This document shows, piece after piece, positions 38,416 through 49,470 of a stretch of DNA of 64,000 bases (positions are counted from its first letter, which is position 1; each line of letters opens with the position of its first letter). Both the position numbers and the translations under genes were made by a program. The DNA is taken from the NCBI GenBank assembly GCA_030390025.1, contig CM059425.1, positions 164,116,001 to 164,180,000 on the forward strand, in the 5' to 3' direction. The notes below the pieces were generated by a model that worked only from the letters and a program-made list of their open reading frames with translations, did no database searches and was not told the origin of the DNA. Source of the DNA: Squalus acanthias (lineage: Eukaryota).

Positions 38416-39308
38416 GGGGTAAAAATTCACTTGGTTGCGCCACCCGTTAGCGCCTTAAGAGGGCGCTAATGGGGCGCAAAGCCGCTAACGCCCGGGCGCA
38501 GCGATGTTTGCGCCGCTCGAGAACTTAACTTGAGATTGTGCGGCGGCGCTAAAACTTACCGCTGCGACCACCTGCGCGCGCAGATTGTGACGTCATTCCA
38601 TGGTGCAACGCCCTTGGGGCGCCCCGTAGCGGAAATTGAGTGGCGCCCCCTGCCTTACCGCCTGGCGCTTCCAACGACCAGAAGACTGGAACGCTATCAA
38701 TCGCTGTGGGGCTGGGGGGGGCGCTATTTAAAGGGGGCCTCTTCCTGTCTTTTATTGTTGGTGGCATTTTTGAACTACGCATTCTGAGAGAGAGAGGGAG
38801 AGACTTCTGGAGAGATTCAACGTTGTGTGAAGGAGTTTTGGGTACTGAGCAGCACTTTGCAGGTTCATTTTGATTTGCCATTCCTTGTATCGATTTAGCA
38901 GAGACCGTGGGAGCTGCACTCTGAGCTCTTTGCCTGGTGCTCTCCATTGTTCTTTCCAGCACATTTGATGTGCAAGTCTCGCTAGGCCGAGATTCAAGGC
39001 AGCAATGAACAGGATGTGGAAGGAAAGCAAGATTAACCATCCCCTTTAAGAACTGGCCCGTGCCATTGTGTGTGTGTTCCATTGCTGACTGACATTACAT
39101 GAGCTTCGCCATCGCTCCGAGTTAGCGCCTCACTGCTCGGCCTTTGCGCCTTAAGAGAGGTGTGCAGCGCCTGCTTTAGCGCTCCACTCACCTCCCGGGG
39201 CGGTAAAAGTGAAGTTTCCCGTCAGTGCCGATAATTAGCGCCAGGCGCTAATATTTGCGTCCGGACGATATTTGCGCCCCAAATGGGGCGCGACCTAATT
39301 TCTACCCC
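38416..39308. mobile_element. Harbinger-type MITE (TTAGCGCC family)
   Basis: TIRs GGGGTAAAAATT / AATTTCTACCCC with TTT TSD and CpG-rich arms. Confidence 0.9.
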
Positions 39309-39423
39309 TTTAAGTTTTTCAGGGTCAAATTTCCAATTTCCAAAACAGGTTGAGACAAATTGGTTCAAAGAAACCTTCCTCAGATACAAACTCTCTTCTC
39401 ATTCAAACCCTCCTCAGATACAT

Positions 39424-39981
39424 GGGGTTAAAAATTGGATAGCCCCTGAATATGCAAACTTTGTGCTGCCTGCCAATTATAATGATAGTGGCGTGGAGCC
39501 CAGCACTAAATGTGCTGCTGAGTGGCTGCACGCTCAGCAGGGGGCCTAGGTTCATGCGAGGCTAGCACCAATTTAAATTAGCCTGCAGCTCTTAAAGCCA
39601 GCCTGCACCTTTAAAGGGGAGGTGCATTCTGGCTGCAGCAGGTACTGGAAGTCGTTGTACAGAAATGTGCGACCTACAGGAAAAGTGAAGATGACGCAAC
39701 ATGGCAGAGAGAGAGCTCCCAGATTTTCAGATGCAGCACTCGAGGCCCTGGTGCAGGAGGTGGACAGGAGGTGAGATGTCCTGTGTCCACAGGGGGTTAG
39801 GAGGCCCTCCAAACAGATACCATGAAGGGAATGGGAGCAGATAGCCATCACTGTCAATGCAAGCACTGTAGCCCGAGGACTTGGATGCAGTGCAGGAAGA
39901 CGTTTAACGACCTCACATGAGTAGTCAAGGTTAGTGAATTCATTTTCAAATTATCCCACAAACTGCACGACTAGACTCACT
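39424..39981 (+). mobile_element. Harbinger left end with Myb/SANT exon 1 pseudogene (39691-39929)
   Basis: TIR-like GGGGTTAAAAATT. Encodes MTQHGRERAPRFSDAALEALVQEVDRR...WEQIA..VNA..RTWMQCRKTFNDL, then donor gttagt. Confidence 0.8.
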
Positions 39982-40285
39982 GGCCTAGAAACTGGATATA
40001 GCCACAAAACGGGCAGTGTTAAGGTCTAACGATGTTAAGCTGCGCCACCTCAAAATGGTCTAGGTAGCACGCAAAATTTGTGCTCACTCGTTATTAACAT
40101 GATTATAGTCTTGATTTCAGCGCTAGAACTGCTGCTCATTGGCTTAACGCTCAACAGGTGGACCAATATCGGGGCCAGTCTAATTCCTAGTCATGTGGGG
40201 ACCAGGCTTTATTCAGTATTTAAAGGGGAGGTGCATTGATGCTACAGCATCTCATTGTCAAGCCAGTTGGAATGGCAGCTGCCAG

Positions 40286-40316
<31 letters not shown>

Positions 40317-40492
40317 CAATAGATTTCTGACTAGTAAGGGCATCAAGGGATATGGCGATAGGGCCGATGAATGGAGTTGAGGCAGAAGATCAGTCATGAT
40401 CTCATTGAATGGCGGAGCAGGCTCAAAGGGCCAAATGGCCTACTCCTGCTCCTATTCCTTATGTCCTTATGTCTTTAAGAATAAGAAGAAGA
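40286..40492 (+). mobile_element. CR1 3' tail inserted in a (GAA)n tract
   Basis: About 10 GAA units, then a CR1 terminus, then aagaagaagaa. Confidence 0.8.
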
Positions 40493-40504
40493 AACTGCAA
40501 AGCC

Positions 40505-42539
40505 ATGGCAGAGCATCCTCAAAGGGAGAGAGCCCGAAGATTTTCTGATGTGGCTCTGGAGGCACTGGTTGTAGCTGTGGAGAGGAGGCAGGCTGTCCTC
40601 TTCCCACAGACTGGAAGGAAGCCCTCGCCACACACCTCTGATGGCTGTGGCAGGAGATAGCCATGTGACGACCCGCCCTGCGGTGCCAAGGTTGGCAATC
40701 AGTGCTGAAAGAAGTTTAATGACCTCAGACGTGTGGTCAAGGTTAGTGAAGGCTTAAGCAAATGCCATATCCCGCCATCTGTACCAGAAGCCTCACACAC
40801 TGCTCAATGCACCACACCCCCAGCACTCACCTCCCAACAATCTCTACCTATCACCACTCACACCTCACAATCATAGCTTCACTTCACCCTCACAACCTTA
40901 CCACCGCTGCAACACTCACACCCACATCTCACACCTTGCACACACTGACAGCTATTCAGCTATGGCAGGTATATCACCCAAACACATTGCACCACACTCA
41001 CTCACACACTTCTCTTTCTCTAGCAGGCCTAGGTCACACATAACCGCCGGGAGCTGCAGCAGACTGGAGGCTGCCATCCAGGACCTCAGCCAGCAGGAGG
41101 AGAGAGTTCTGGATGTGGTTGGGTAGCAGATCATAGAGGCTGTGGCAACTGGCGAGGTTGAACCCCTTGGGGACAACAACGGTATGGTCATTCCTAATCC
41201 TTCTTCTCACATCCCACTTACCCTTCATCCCACAATCTCTTCTCACTTTCAAGCTACTGATACTGTACGCATGCATATCTTGCTTCCCCCCCCCGCCCTC
41301 ACCATAATCTGACTCTTGTGCCTTTCTGCTTTCAGATAATCAACAACAAGCACCTGAGCAGCTTGTCCCCAAGGTGATGCATGAGAGCGAGGGGGGAGAA
41401 GAAGAAGTAAACACAGTGTCATTGCATCTGTCATGCACAGACACCAGCTCAGAAACTTGCACTGTGCATACTTTAGAGGTCAGTGTAGTAGAAGGATATG
41501 CACAGGGTGAGGCACCAGGCACGAGTGGGCTGCAGCAAGGATATGGGGAAAGGGTAGCTCGGGGGCCAGCTCCGCGGAGGTCGAGTTCTGCTGCACAGGA
41601 CTCAGATGAGGACCTCAATGGGGTGGCTTTCAGAAGTAGGATGATGGTCATGCACACCGAGTTGCTGGGTGCAATGGCAAGCCTACCAGAGAGCCTCTTG
41701 GCAATGACAAGGAGCGTGGAGGAGTCCGGCTCCAACATTACACGGGGCTCTGTGCAGAGCTTGGAGTCCAGGATTTCCAGGCTGAAAATGATGGAAGACT
41801 TCCGTGTCGACCCAGACATGATGCTACGTGTGATGGGCGATGTCGTGGCTGCCATTGCAGCACAGGCGGAAGCGACCCAACGTCTTAGTGCTGCAGCAGA
41901 CGCTCAGACCGCTCTCATGCAGTCTCTGCTTGATGCCACCCAAGCTCAGACTGCTGCCACCGTGGCTGGGTTTACCACTGTCGACCGAGGCTTGAAGGGT
42001 GTTGCAGCAGCCCAGTAATCTGCTACAACAGATTGCTCGGAATACTGAGGCGCCGCCCCAGGGGAGTGGCAGTGGGTCAGTGGAGCAGGACCCTGCTGTC
42101 CTCTTTCAGGATAAAAATGAGAAGTCGCACAACACCAGGTTATAGTCCAACAGTTTTATTTAAAATTACGAGCTTTTGGAGCTCCACTCCTTCTTCAGGT
42201 ACAGGTACAGTGAGGGAATCGATTACACAGTATATCTTTCAGGATAACAGCATTACTGTTCCCACCACTGCCACTCCGCCGTTGCCCTTGTTGCTGCCTG
42301 TCAGTCAGCCAACCCAGACTGCTGCCGTCCATGCCGAGGTGGTGCAGTCTGCAGCAGGACCTTCTAGGGCTAGAGCTGCTCGAGGTCGTCCTGCAAGGCC
42401 ATCTGTAGTCTCCGCCAGTGATAGTCTGCAGCCTTCCACCAGCCATGCTCCAGCCACAAGGGGAGCACTTCGTAGGAGCACTAGGACAGGAAAGGGCATC
42501 CAAACGACAGGCACTAAGAGATTGCACAAGGGTGATTAG
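40505..42539 (+). pseudogene. Three-exon Myb/SANT-like (trihelix) Harbinger gene: ~40505-40741, ~41027-41181, 41336-42539
   Basis: RARRFSDVALEALV...KKFNDLRRVVK then donor gttagt; pyrimidine-tract acceptors; HNRRELQQTGG in exon 2; coiled coil in exon 3. Contains stops and frameshifts. Confidence 0.78.
42115..42234 (-). mobile_element. 120-bp Penelope-derived mini-element with hammerhead motif (42167-42201)
   Basis: 13-bp TSD TCTTTCAGGATAA at 42102-42114 and 42235-42247. Homologous to 57342-57450. Confidence 0.85.
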
Positions 42540-42855
42540 TTCATATTGTTAATTTAAGTATATGTGAAGTGATTTTTGATAATTTTTTAAATTTTGTGTG
42601 GAATCTTTTGTGGTGTCTCTCATTTCAGCTTTGTGCCCAGGAGAACACTGTGATATTCCATGACAGAGCTTTTTTTTAGATAAAGTTTCTTCCTAGCTGC
42701 AATGTGTGCTTTTACATGAAATTTACCCTATGGAGTATCCCAGTGCGGATTTCTCCTCATGTTGGGTGATAGACATCTCATTCAGCAACTGTTTTATCCT
42801 GAGGCAATGTTCAGAAATGATGATAAATTTTCCTTCTTCATCACAATGCCAGGTT

Positions 42856-43147
42856 GTCCATGTTGTGTGATATGTATGTGCCAGATATTCTGTATAACCT
42901 GTATGGAGTGTGATTATCAACTGTGACACTCTATGATAGTTAAGTTTCCTATTTTTCCAAACAACTAATATAGTTAGATTAGAAGAAGATTGTGAAAATA
43001 AATGATGTATTGGTGAAGTAAGGAAATACTTTACATCGATTAATGTTGTAGTTGAGATCTATATTTAGGTAAAACTGTACTCTGCAAGTGATTTCAATAT
43101 AAAGACTTAGTAAGTTCTTCTGAATCATTAGAAACTTGTATTCTATC
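42856..43147 (+). repeat. ~290-bp direct repeat, copy 1 (copy 2 at 46254-46544), flanking the RTE
   Basis: Colinear high-identity match with two small indels. Confidence 0.93.
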
Positions 43148-45880
43148 TTCTTAGGCATTCCCTCGGAACTGAGGATGACTTGCTTCCACACTAAAAATGA
43201 GTTCTCAGGTGACTGATGAGTCCAATGCGGGACCTACAGTCTCTGTCACTGGTGGGGCAGACGATGGTTGAAGGGGCGGGTGGGTGGGGTGCTTGAGTTG
43301 ACGTGCGCTCCTTCTGCTGTTTGCGCTTGGCTTCCGCTTGCTCCCGGCAAAGAGACTCGAGGTGTTCGGCGCCTTCCTGGATGCTTCTCCTCCATTTTAT
43401 GCGGTCTTGGGCCAGGGATTCCCAGGTGTCGGTGGGGATGTTGCACTTTTTCAAGGAGGCTTTGAGGGTGTCCTTGAAGCGTTTCCTCTGCCCACCTGGG
43501 GCTCTCTTGCCATGTTGGAGCTCCAAGTAGAGCGCTTATTTTGGGAGTCTCGTATCGGGCATGCGGACAATGTGGCCCGTCCATCGGAGCTGATCGAGCG
43601 TGGTCAAAGCTTCGATGCTGGGGATGTTGGCCTGAGCAAGAATACTGACATTGGTGCGCCTATCCTGCCAATGGATTTGCAGGATCTTGCGGGGGCAGCG
43701 TTGGTGGTATCTCTCCAGTGCTTTGAGGTGCCTGCTGTACATGGTCCATGTCTCTGAAGCATACAGAAGGGTGGGTATCACTACTGCTCTTTAGACCATG
43801 AGCTTGTTGCTGGGTTTGAGGTCCTGGTCTTCAAACACTCTCTTCCTCAGGTGACCGAAGGCTGCACTGGCACACTGAAGGCAGTGTTGGACTTCGTCAT
43901 CGACGTCTGCCCTTGTTGACAGTAGGCTCCCGAGGTATGGAAAGTGGTCCACGTTGTCCAAGGCCTCATCGTGGATTTTGATAATCGGGGGGCAATACTG
44001 TGTGGCGGGGGCAGGTTGGTAGAGGACCTTTGTCTTACGGATGTTTAGTGTAAGGCCCATACTCTTGTACGCTTCGGTGAAGGTGTTGACGATGGTTTGG
44101 AGTTCAGCCTCAGAGTGTGCGCAGACGCAAGCGTCGTCTGCATACTGTAATTCGATGACAGAGGATGGGATGACCTTGGATCTGGACTGGAGGCGATGGA
44201 GGTTGAACAGTTTCCCATTTGTTCTGTAGATTAACTCCACTCCAGCAGGGAGCTTACTGAGGGTGAGATGGAGCATTGCAGCCAGGTAGATCGAGAAGAG
44301 CGTTGGTGCGATGACACAGCCTTGCTTGACCCCGGTCCGTACGTGAATTGGGTCTGTGGTGGATCCGTTGGTCAGGATCACGGCTTGCATGTCGGCGTGA
44401 AGCAGGGGAGGATGGTGACAAACTTTTGAGGGCAGCCGAATTTGAGGAGGACATGCCGTAATCTCTCACGGTTGACGGTGTTGAAGGCCTTTGTGAGGTC
44501 AAAGAAGGCCATGTACAGTGGTTGGTGCTGTTCCCTGCATTTCTCTTGTAGTTGACGCGCGGTGAAGATCATGTCCATTGTGCCCCTTAGTGGGCGGAAT
44601 CCGCATTGTGACTCTGGGAGGAGCTCTTCAGCCACTGGGAGACGGCGATTGAGGAGGATTCTTGCGATGACTTTCCCTGTGGCAGACAGCAGGGAGACTC
44701 CTTTGTAATTACCGCAATCAGACTTGTCATCTTTCTTGAACCCGGTCACGATTACGGCATCTCTGAGATCCCCTGGCATGCTCTCCTCCTTCCAAATAAG
44801 AGAATTGAGTTAATGTATTCACGCCAATAGTGCTTCTCTGCCATGTTTTAGCGCCTCGGCGGGGATTCCATCTGCTCCTGAGGCCTTGTTGTTCTTCAGT
44901 TGTCGGATGGCCTTTTCAACCTCATGCTGAGCTGGGGTAGCATGCTGCGGGATGGAGTTTGGACACTCGCATCGAAGACAGAGTTTCGGTTAAGGAGATC
45001 TTTGAAGTGCTCCTTCCAGCGGGCACTGACTGCCTCTCTGTCCTTGATGAGTACCTCTCCGTTCTTGGCCCGCAGTGGGGTAGGACCTTGGATGCTTGGG
45101 CCGTAGGTGGTCTTGACTGCACTAAAGAATCCACGCACATCGTGGTTGTCGGCTAGCTGCTGGATCTCCTGCGCTTTCTCCACCCACCATCTGTTCTTTA
45201 GGTCGCAAGTTTTTTGTTGAACCTCAGCCTTCAGGCGTCTGTAGAGCTGCTTTCTTGCTCTCGAGTTCTGTTGCTGTTTCCAGATCAGGAATGCCTTGCG
45301 CTTGCGGCTTATTAGCTCCTGGTCGTTCTCGTCGAACCAGTCTGGCTGTTTCCTGGTTGAGTGACCGAGCGTCTCTTCACAGGTGCTGATTATGGAGGCC
45401 TTGAGTGCAGACCAGGCACTGTGGACACTCTGTGTCTCTGAATCACTGGGAGTCATCAGGTTGGTTGTGAGGTGCAGGCTGAATAGGGCTTTCTTAGCAG
45501 GGTCTTTGAGTGTTCCAGCGTTGATTTTCCTGCGGCATTGCTTCTGTTGCTGCCGCTGTTTTGGGGCTACGTTGACGGAGATGACAGAGCGGATTAGGCG
45601 GTGGTCTGTCCAGCAGTCGTCAGCTCCTGTCATGGTGCAGATGATGCAGACGTCCTTGCGGTCCCTCGCTCGGACGATGACGTAGTCCAGCAGATGCCAG
45701 TGCTTGGAGCTAGGGTGTTGCCATGAAGCCTTGTACTTGTCTCTCTGACGGAACAAGGTGTTGGTTATGACAAGGCCATGTTCTAAGCATTTCGTCAGGA
45801 GGAGGGTACCGTTGGAGTTGGCTTTCCCTACCCCCTCTCTGCCGATCACACCTCCCCAGTTGAAGTCGCCAAGGAGGATC
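43148..45880 (-). mobile_element. RTE-clade LINE, 5'-truncated in APE
   Basis: ILLGDFN, TDH, PESQCGFR, FDLTKAF, GVKQGC, QYADD, LLYASETW motifs and a C-terminal CPT..R.C..RIGL.SH zinc finger. Confidence 0.93.
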
Positions 45881-46240
45881 ACAGAATCACAGAATCCTCA
45901 CAGTACAGATAGAGGCCATTTCGGCCCATCGAGCCTGCACCGACACATATCCCATCCTATCCCCGTAACCCCACATATTTAATCCCCCCTAACATATCCC
46001 ACCCTATCCCCGTAACCCACGTATCCCCCCTAACACTAAGGGTCAATTTATCATAGCCAAATCAACCTAACCCGCACATCTTTGGACTGTGGGAGGAAAC
46101 TGGAGCACCCGGAGGAAACCCATGCAGACACGGGGAGAATGTGCAAACTCCACACAGACAGTCACCCATGGCCGGATTCGAACTCGGGTCCCTGGCGCTG
46201 TGAGGCAACAGTGCTAACCACTATGCCACCATGTTGCCCG
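45879..46240 (-). mobile_element. HE1-like tRNA-derived SINE
   Basis: Head ggtggcatagtggttagcactg...gagttcgaatccgg, V-domain-like core (gtctgtgtggagtttgcacattctcccc) and (gattctgt)n tail. Confidence 0.75.
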
Positions 46241-46829
46241 TTGGGACTCAGGCGTCCATGTTGTGTGATATGTATGCCAGATATTCTGTATAACTTGTAT
46301 GGAGTGTGATTATCAACTGTGACAATCAACTGTGACACTCTATGATAGTTAAGTTTGCTATTTTTCCAAACAACTAATTAGTTAGATTAGAAGAAGATTG
46401 TGAAGATAAGTGAAGTAAGGAAATACTTTACATCGATTAATGTTGTAGTTGAGATCTATATTTAGGTAAAAATGTACTATGTAAGTGATTTCAATATAAA
46501 GACTTAGTAAGTTCTTTTCAATCATTAGAAACTTGTATTCTATCAGTGGTCTGTAGATTCTACATCAAATATTTATATCACATTGCTCACTCCAAAAGAT
46601 AAATAAAATTAGAATTATGATTTCCCCTCTAGCTTCAGTTCAGGATTATTTTATCTACATAATGTTCTCTTTCTAAACCTTCTTGCTTTAATCAGCCATT
46701 CATAATAGCCATTTCCAATTTATTTCTACATTACAAATGTTATTAATCATTTTTGCAATGTCTGCCAGACAGTACAATGTTCATGTGATATGGAGCTTTA
46801 GTACCACCTAGGGCAGCCAGGACACTTGA

Positions 46830-47062
46830 GAAGATCTCCAAGTCACACACCATCCTGACTTGGAAATGGTTCCTTCATCATCGCTGGGTCAAAATCCTGG
46901 AACTCCCTCCCTAACAGCACTGTGGGAGTACCTTCAGCACACGGACTGCAGCGGTTCAAGATGGTGGCTCACCACCACCTTTTCAAAGGCAATTATGAAT
47001 GGGCAATAAATGCTGGCCTCTCCAGCGATGCCCACATCCCGTGAATGAATAAATAAAAAAAA
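46830..47062 (+). mobile_element. CR1 family-2 3' tail
   Basis: Matches 53950-54180. Confidence 0.8.
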
Positions 47063-48844
47063 TAAGAATCAGCAGTTTATTTTTGGACTCAGTATTTGTT
47101 TATCTCTCCTGCTCCAGGTGAATTGAATCTTTGGCATATTGAATTTGACTAATGAAGGTCCCTGTCAAAGGATTCGGAAACCCTCAAGCAATTTATTTTA
47201 TTAACTGACAAAGCCTCACATTGCTTACTGGCCATCTTGTACTTGGAAAATAAGGTTATTTACGATATCTCTTAAATCACAGTAGTGCACAAATGCTTAA
47301 CGTCTTCATCTAAAATTCCTCTCTCCACCACTAGAGCAGAGGTGTTAAGCATTTTAAAATGAATGGGTTAACATCACTGCTGAGGCAGGAGAGAGAGGAA
47401 TCTCAGGTGATATGGTAGCCATCCCGCAGCATAATTTTAGGGCCTATGTATTTTAGAAAACATAGAATCTGTCATTTTGTATTAGAGATCTGTCTATTTC
47501 AGATTGAAAGGATGAAAGCCTTATGTGACAGCCAGCCGTACAGGTCTTAAAATGAAATAAATTTGGACAACCTCAATCAATTGTCAGTAGGCACAATTTC
47601 AGACCGTATTGCTGATTTCCAAGGCAGAATAGAGACAGTTTTATTATATATCCAACCAGGGTAAGAATTACCTGGTAGTGTACAGCATTTTCACAGAATA
47701 TAAAAATGTTTGATTCTTTAGCTAATCACCAATGGGTACAAAATATTAATTGCCCACACCCAAACCAGGGAATGATGGTGGTGTAACGTACACGAGTGTG
47801 TCATGCAGCATAATGGATGGAGGCAAGGTTTATTTCCCCCACTCTGCAATCTTTATGCCTTCAACTGTGCAGCTGGAGGGAGGTATTTAATGGAGGCCAG
47901 GCATCACACAGGGAGCAAGAGAGGAATCAGATGAAGAGACTCCACTGAACCACTCCATCACCTGAGTTTTGGCTGCTGGACAAAAGCAGCATTAGTGGTA
48001 TCCTGGGAGAAGATCGCTGCTGAGCCTTCTCAGGTGAGGTGCACAGCCTAACGGGGACCAGCAATGGGAGAAAATTGTCGGGGGTGGGTGCGGGGTGCTG
48101 GAATGGAATGGAAGAGAAAAGACAGTACATGTGCTTGTAAAATGTGTAATCCCAGAAGAAAAAGGGGCTTTAAAGGCTTGTCATTTTTAGTTGCATTACA
48201 TGCACTGTGGTACAGACAGAAAAGAAATGTTAGAATGTGTAACATTTTAAAAACTCATACCTTCGGAATTTAAATAATAAATGTGATACTGCTGTTGCTG
48301 CTGATGTAAGCATAGCACTGTTTTTAGCTCAGTAGTCATAGAGACCATATTACTAACCGATAGTGAGCTCACAGGCAGGAAAGAGGGAATGGCAATATTT
48401 ATGTTTGAATACATGACTCAGAGGCAAATGGCACGGAGTGTGCTAGACAAGTTTTATCAGATTGATTTATATATGCCCAAGGGTTTGATAAAGATAATGT
48501 TGATGAGATTTTCTTTGATAGGATGCATAACATGGAGCTTTAGTTTTAAATTGCAAAAACATTGTTGAGATATGGTGTTACAGAAAAGTTTATTTTCTAA
48601 GATTCTATAAGAAGTATTTTAGAGATATGTGTTACTTAATTTTTTGTCATTATCATTTTTAATTAATTTCTCACCTCCTTTAGTTTCCATTTATGCCATG
48701 GACCATTTGGTGGCAGGCAATTTGCTCCCAAATCTGTCACTTTGAAAGTCTGAAGGAAAGGAGCAAGAGTGAACAGCACTGACTTGTCTTTGAGCTTCCT
48801 CTAGCCCCCCACTCCCACTGCCTAGAGGAAATTGCCATTGTTTC

Positions 48845-49470
48845 GCATGACAGGAACAGCTTATAATGGGGATGTCTAGTTTGACTATCCATTCGATGGC
48901 CTCCTGAGATGCCAAGTGGAGAAATGAGGTACCTCCCGCAACAGATCTTAGTGGGAAGGTTGATGTGATGTTTTCCATGCTCTGGGACTCATGGCCACAG
49001 TCACATTTTGGGTTGTCCCTCATCTTCCACTTGTGGAGCAGGCGGCCGCATCATCCATGCCCTGTGCAGATTGGGTTGAGCGCTGTCCACTGTCTTCGAG
49101 GGAGGTCGAAGCCAGGCACCTCTGCTGTTGGGTCAGTGATGAGGTGTTGGTTCTTTATGTTGCATGCGGGCCATGATTCCGTCTATCTGGACAGTGGGTC
49201 GCTACCAGCTGCATGAATATTGGCTGCTGTTTCCCAGAATGGCCCGAGCAATTTTAAGCGCTTTCGTGGTGTGTTTTTCAAGACTTTGTGAATGGGAAGA
49301 TCGATGTTGCTCATGATTTTTTCCATCTCATGGAGCACGGTGGCGTCGCGGCGAATGGCAGGTGAGGCAATGTGGGACAGCACCGGAAGCCATTCAGTTG
49401 GACTGAACTTGAGTGTCCCTGACACTGTCCTCATGGCAGCGTTTAGCTGCACGTCCATGATCTTTGTGTG
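48845..49470 (-). mobile_element. Vingi/Ingi-like non-LTR 3' fragment (resumes at ~50723-50920)
   Basis: YSAAEYC..WS.SCH, then TKIMDVQLNAAMRTVSGTLK..PTEWLPVLSHIASPAIRR, then a CDCG...QSMENI zinc knuckle with no RNase H between. Confidence 0.7.

Larger units (their letters stand above)
39982..42670 (+). mobile_element. Second Harbinger (nested or abutting) carrying a Myb gene, right part lost
   Basis: TIR-like GGCCTAGAAACT, then a promoter module and the Myb gene. Right boundary is approximate. Confidence 0.7.

Noticed and set aside
41374..42018. 214-aa ORF as a novel host gene
   Set aside because: Part of the last exon of the decayed Harbinger Myb gene.
46930..46955. REST/NRSE-like TTCAGCACACGGACTGC
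   Set aside because: A one-base variant of the LINE tail with wrong half-site spacing. The TTCAGCACC at ~3425 is only a half-site.
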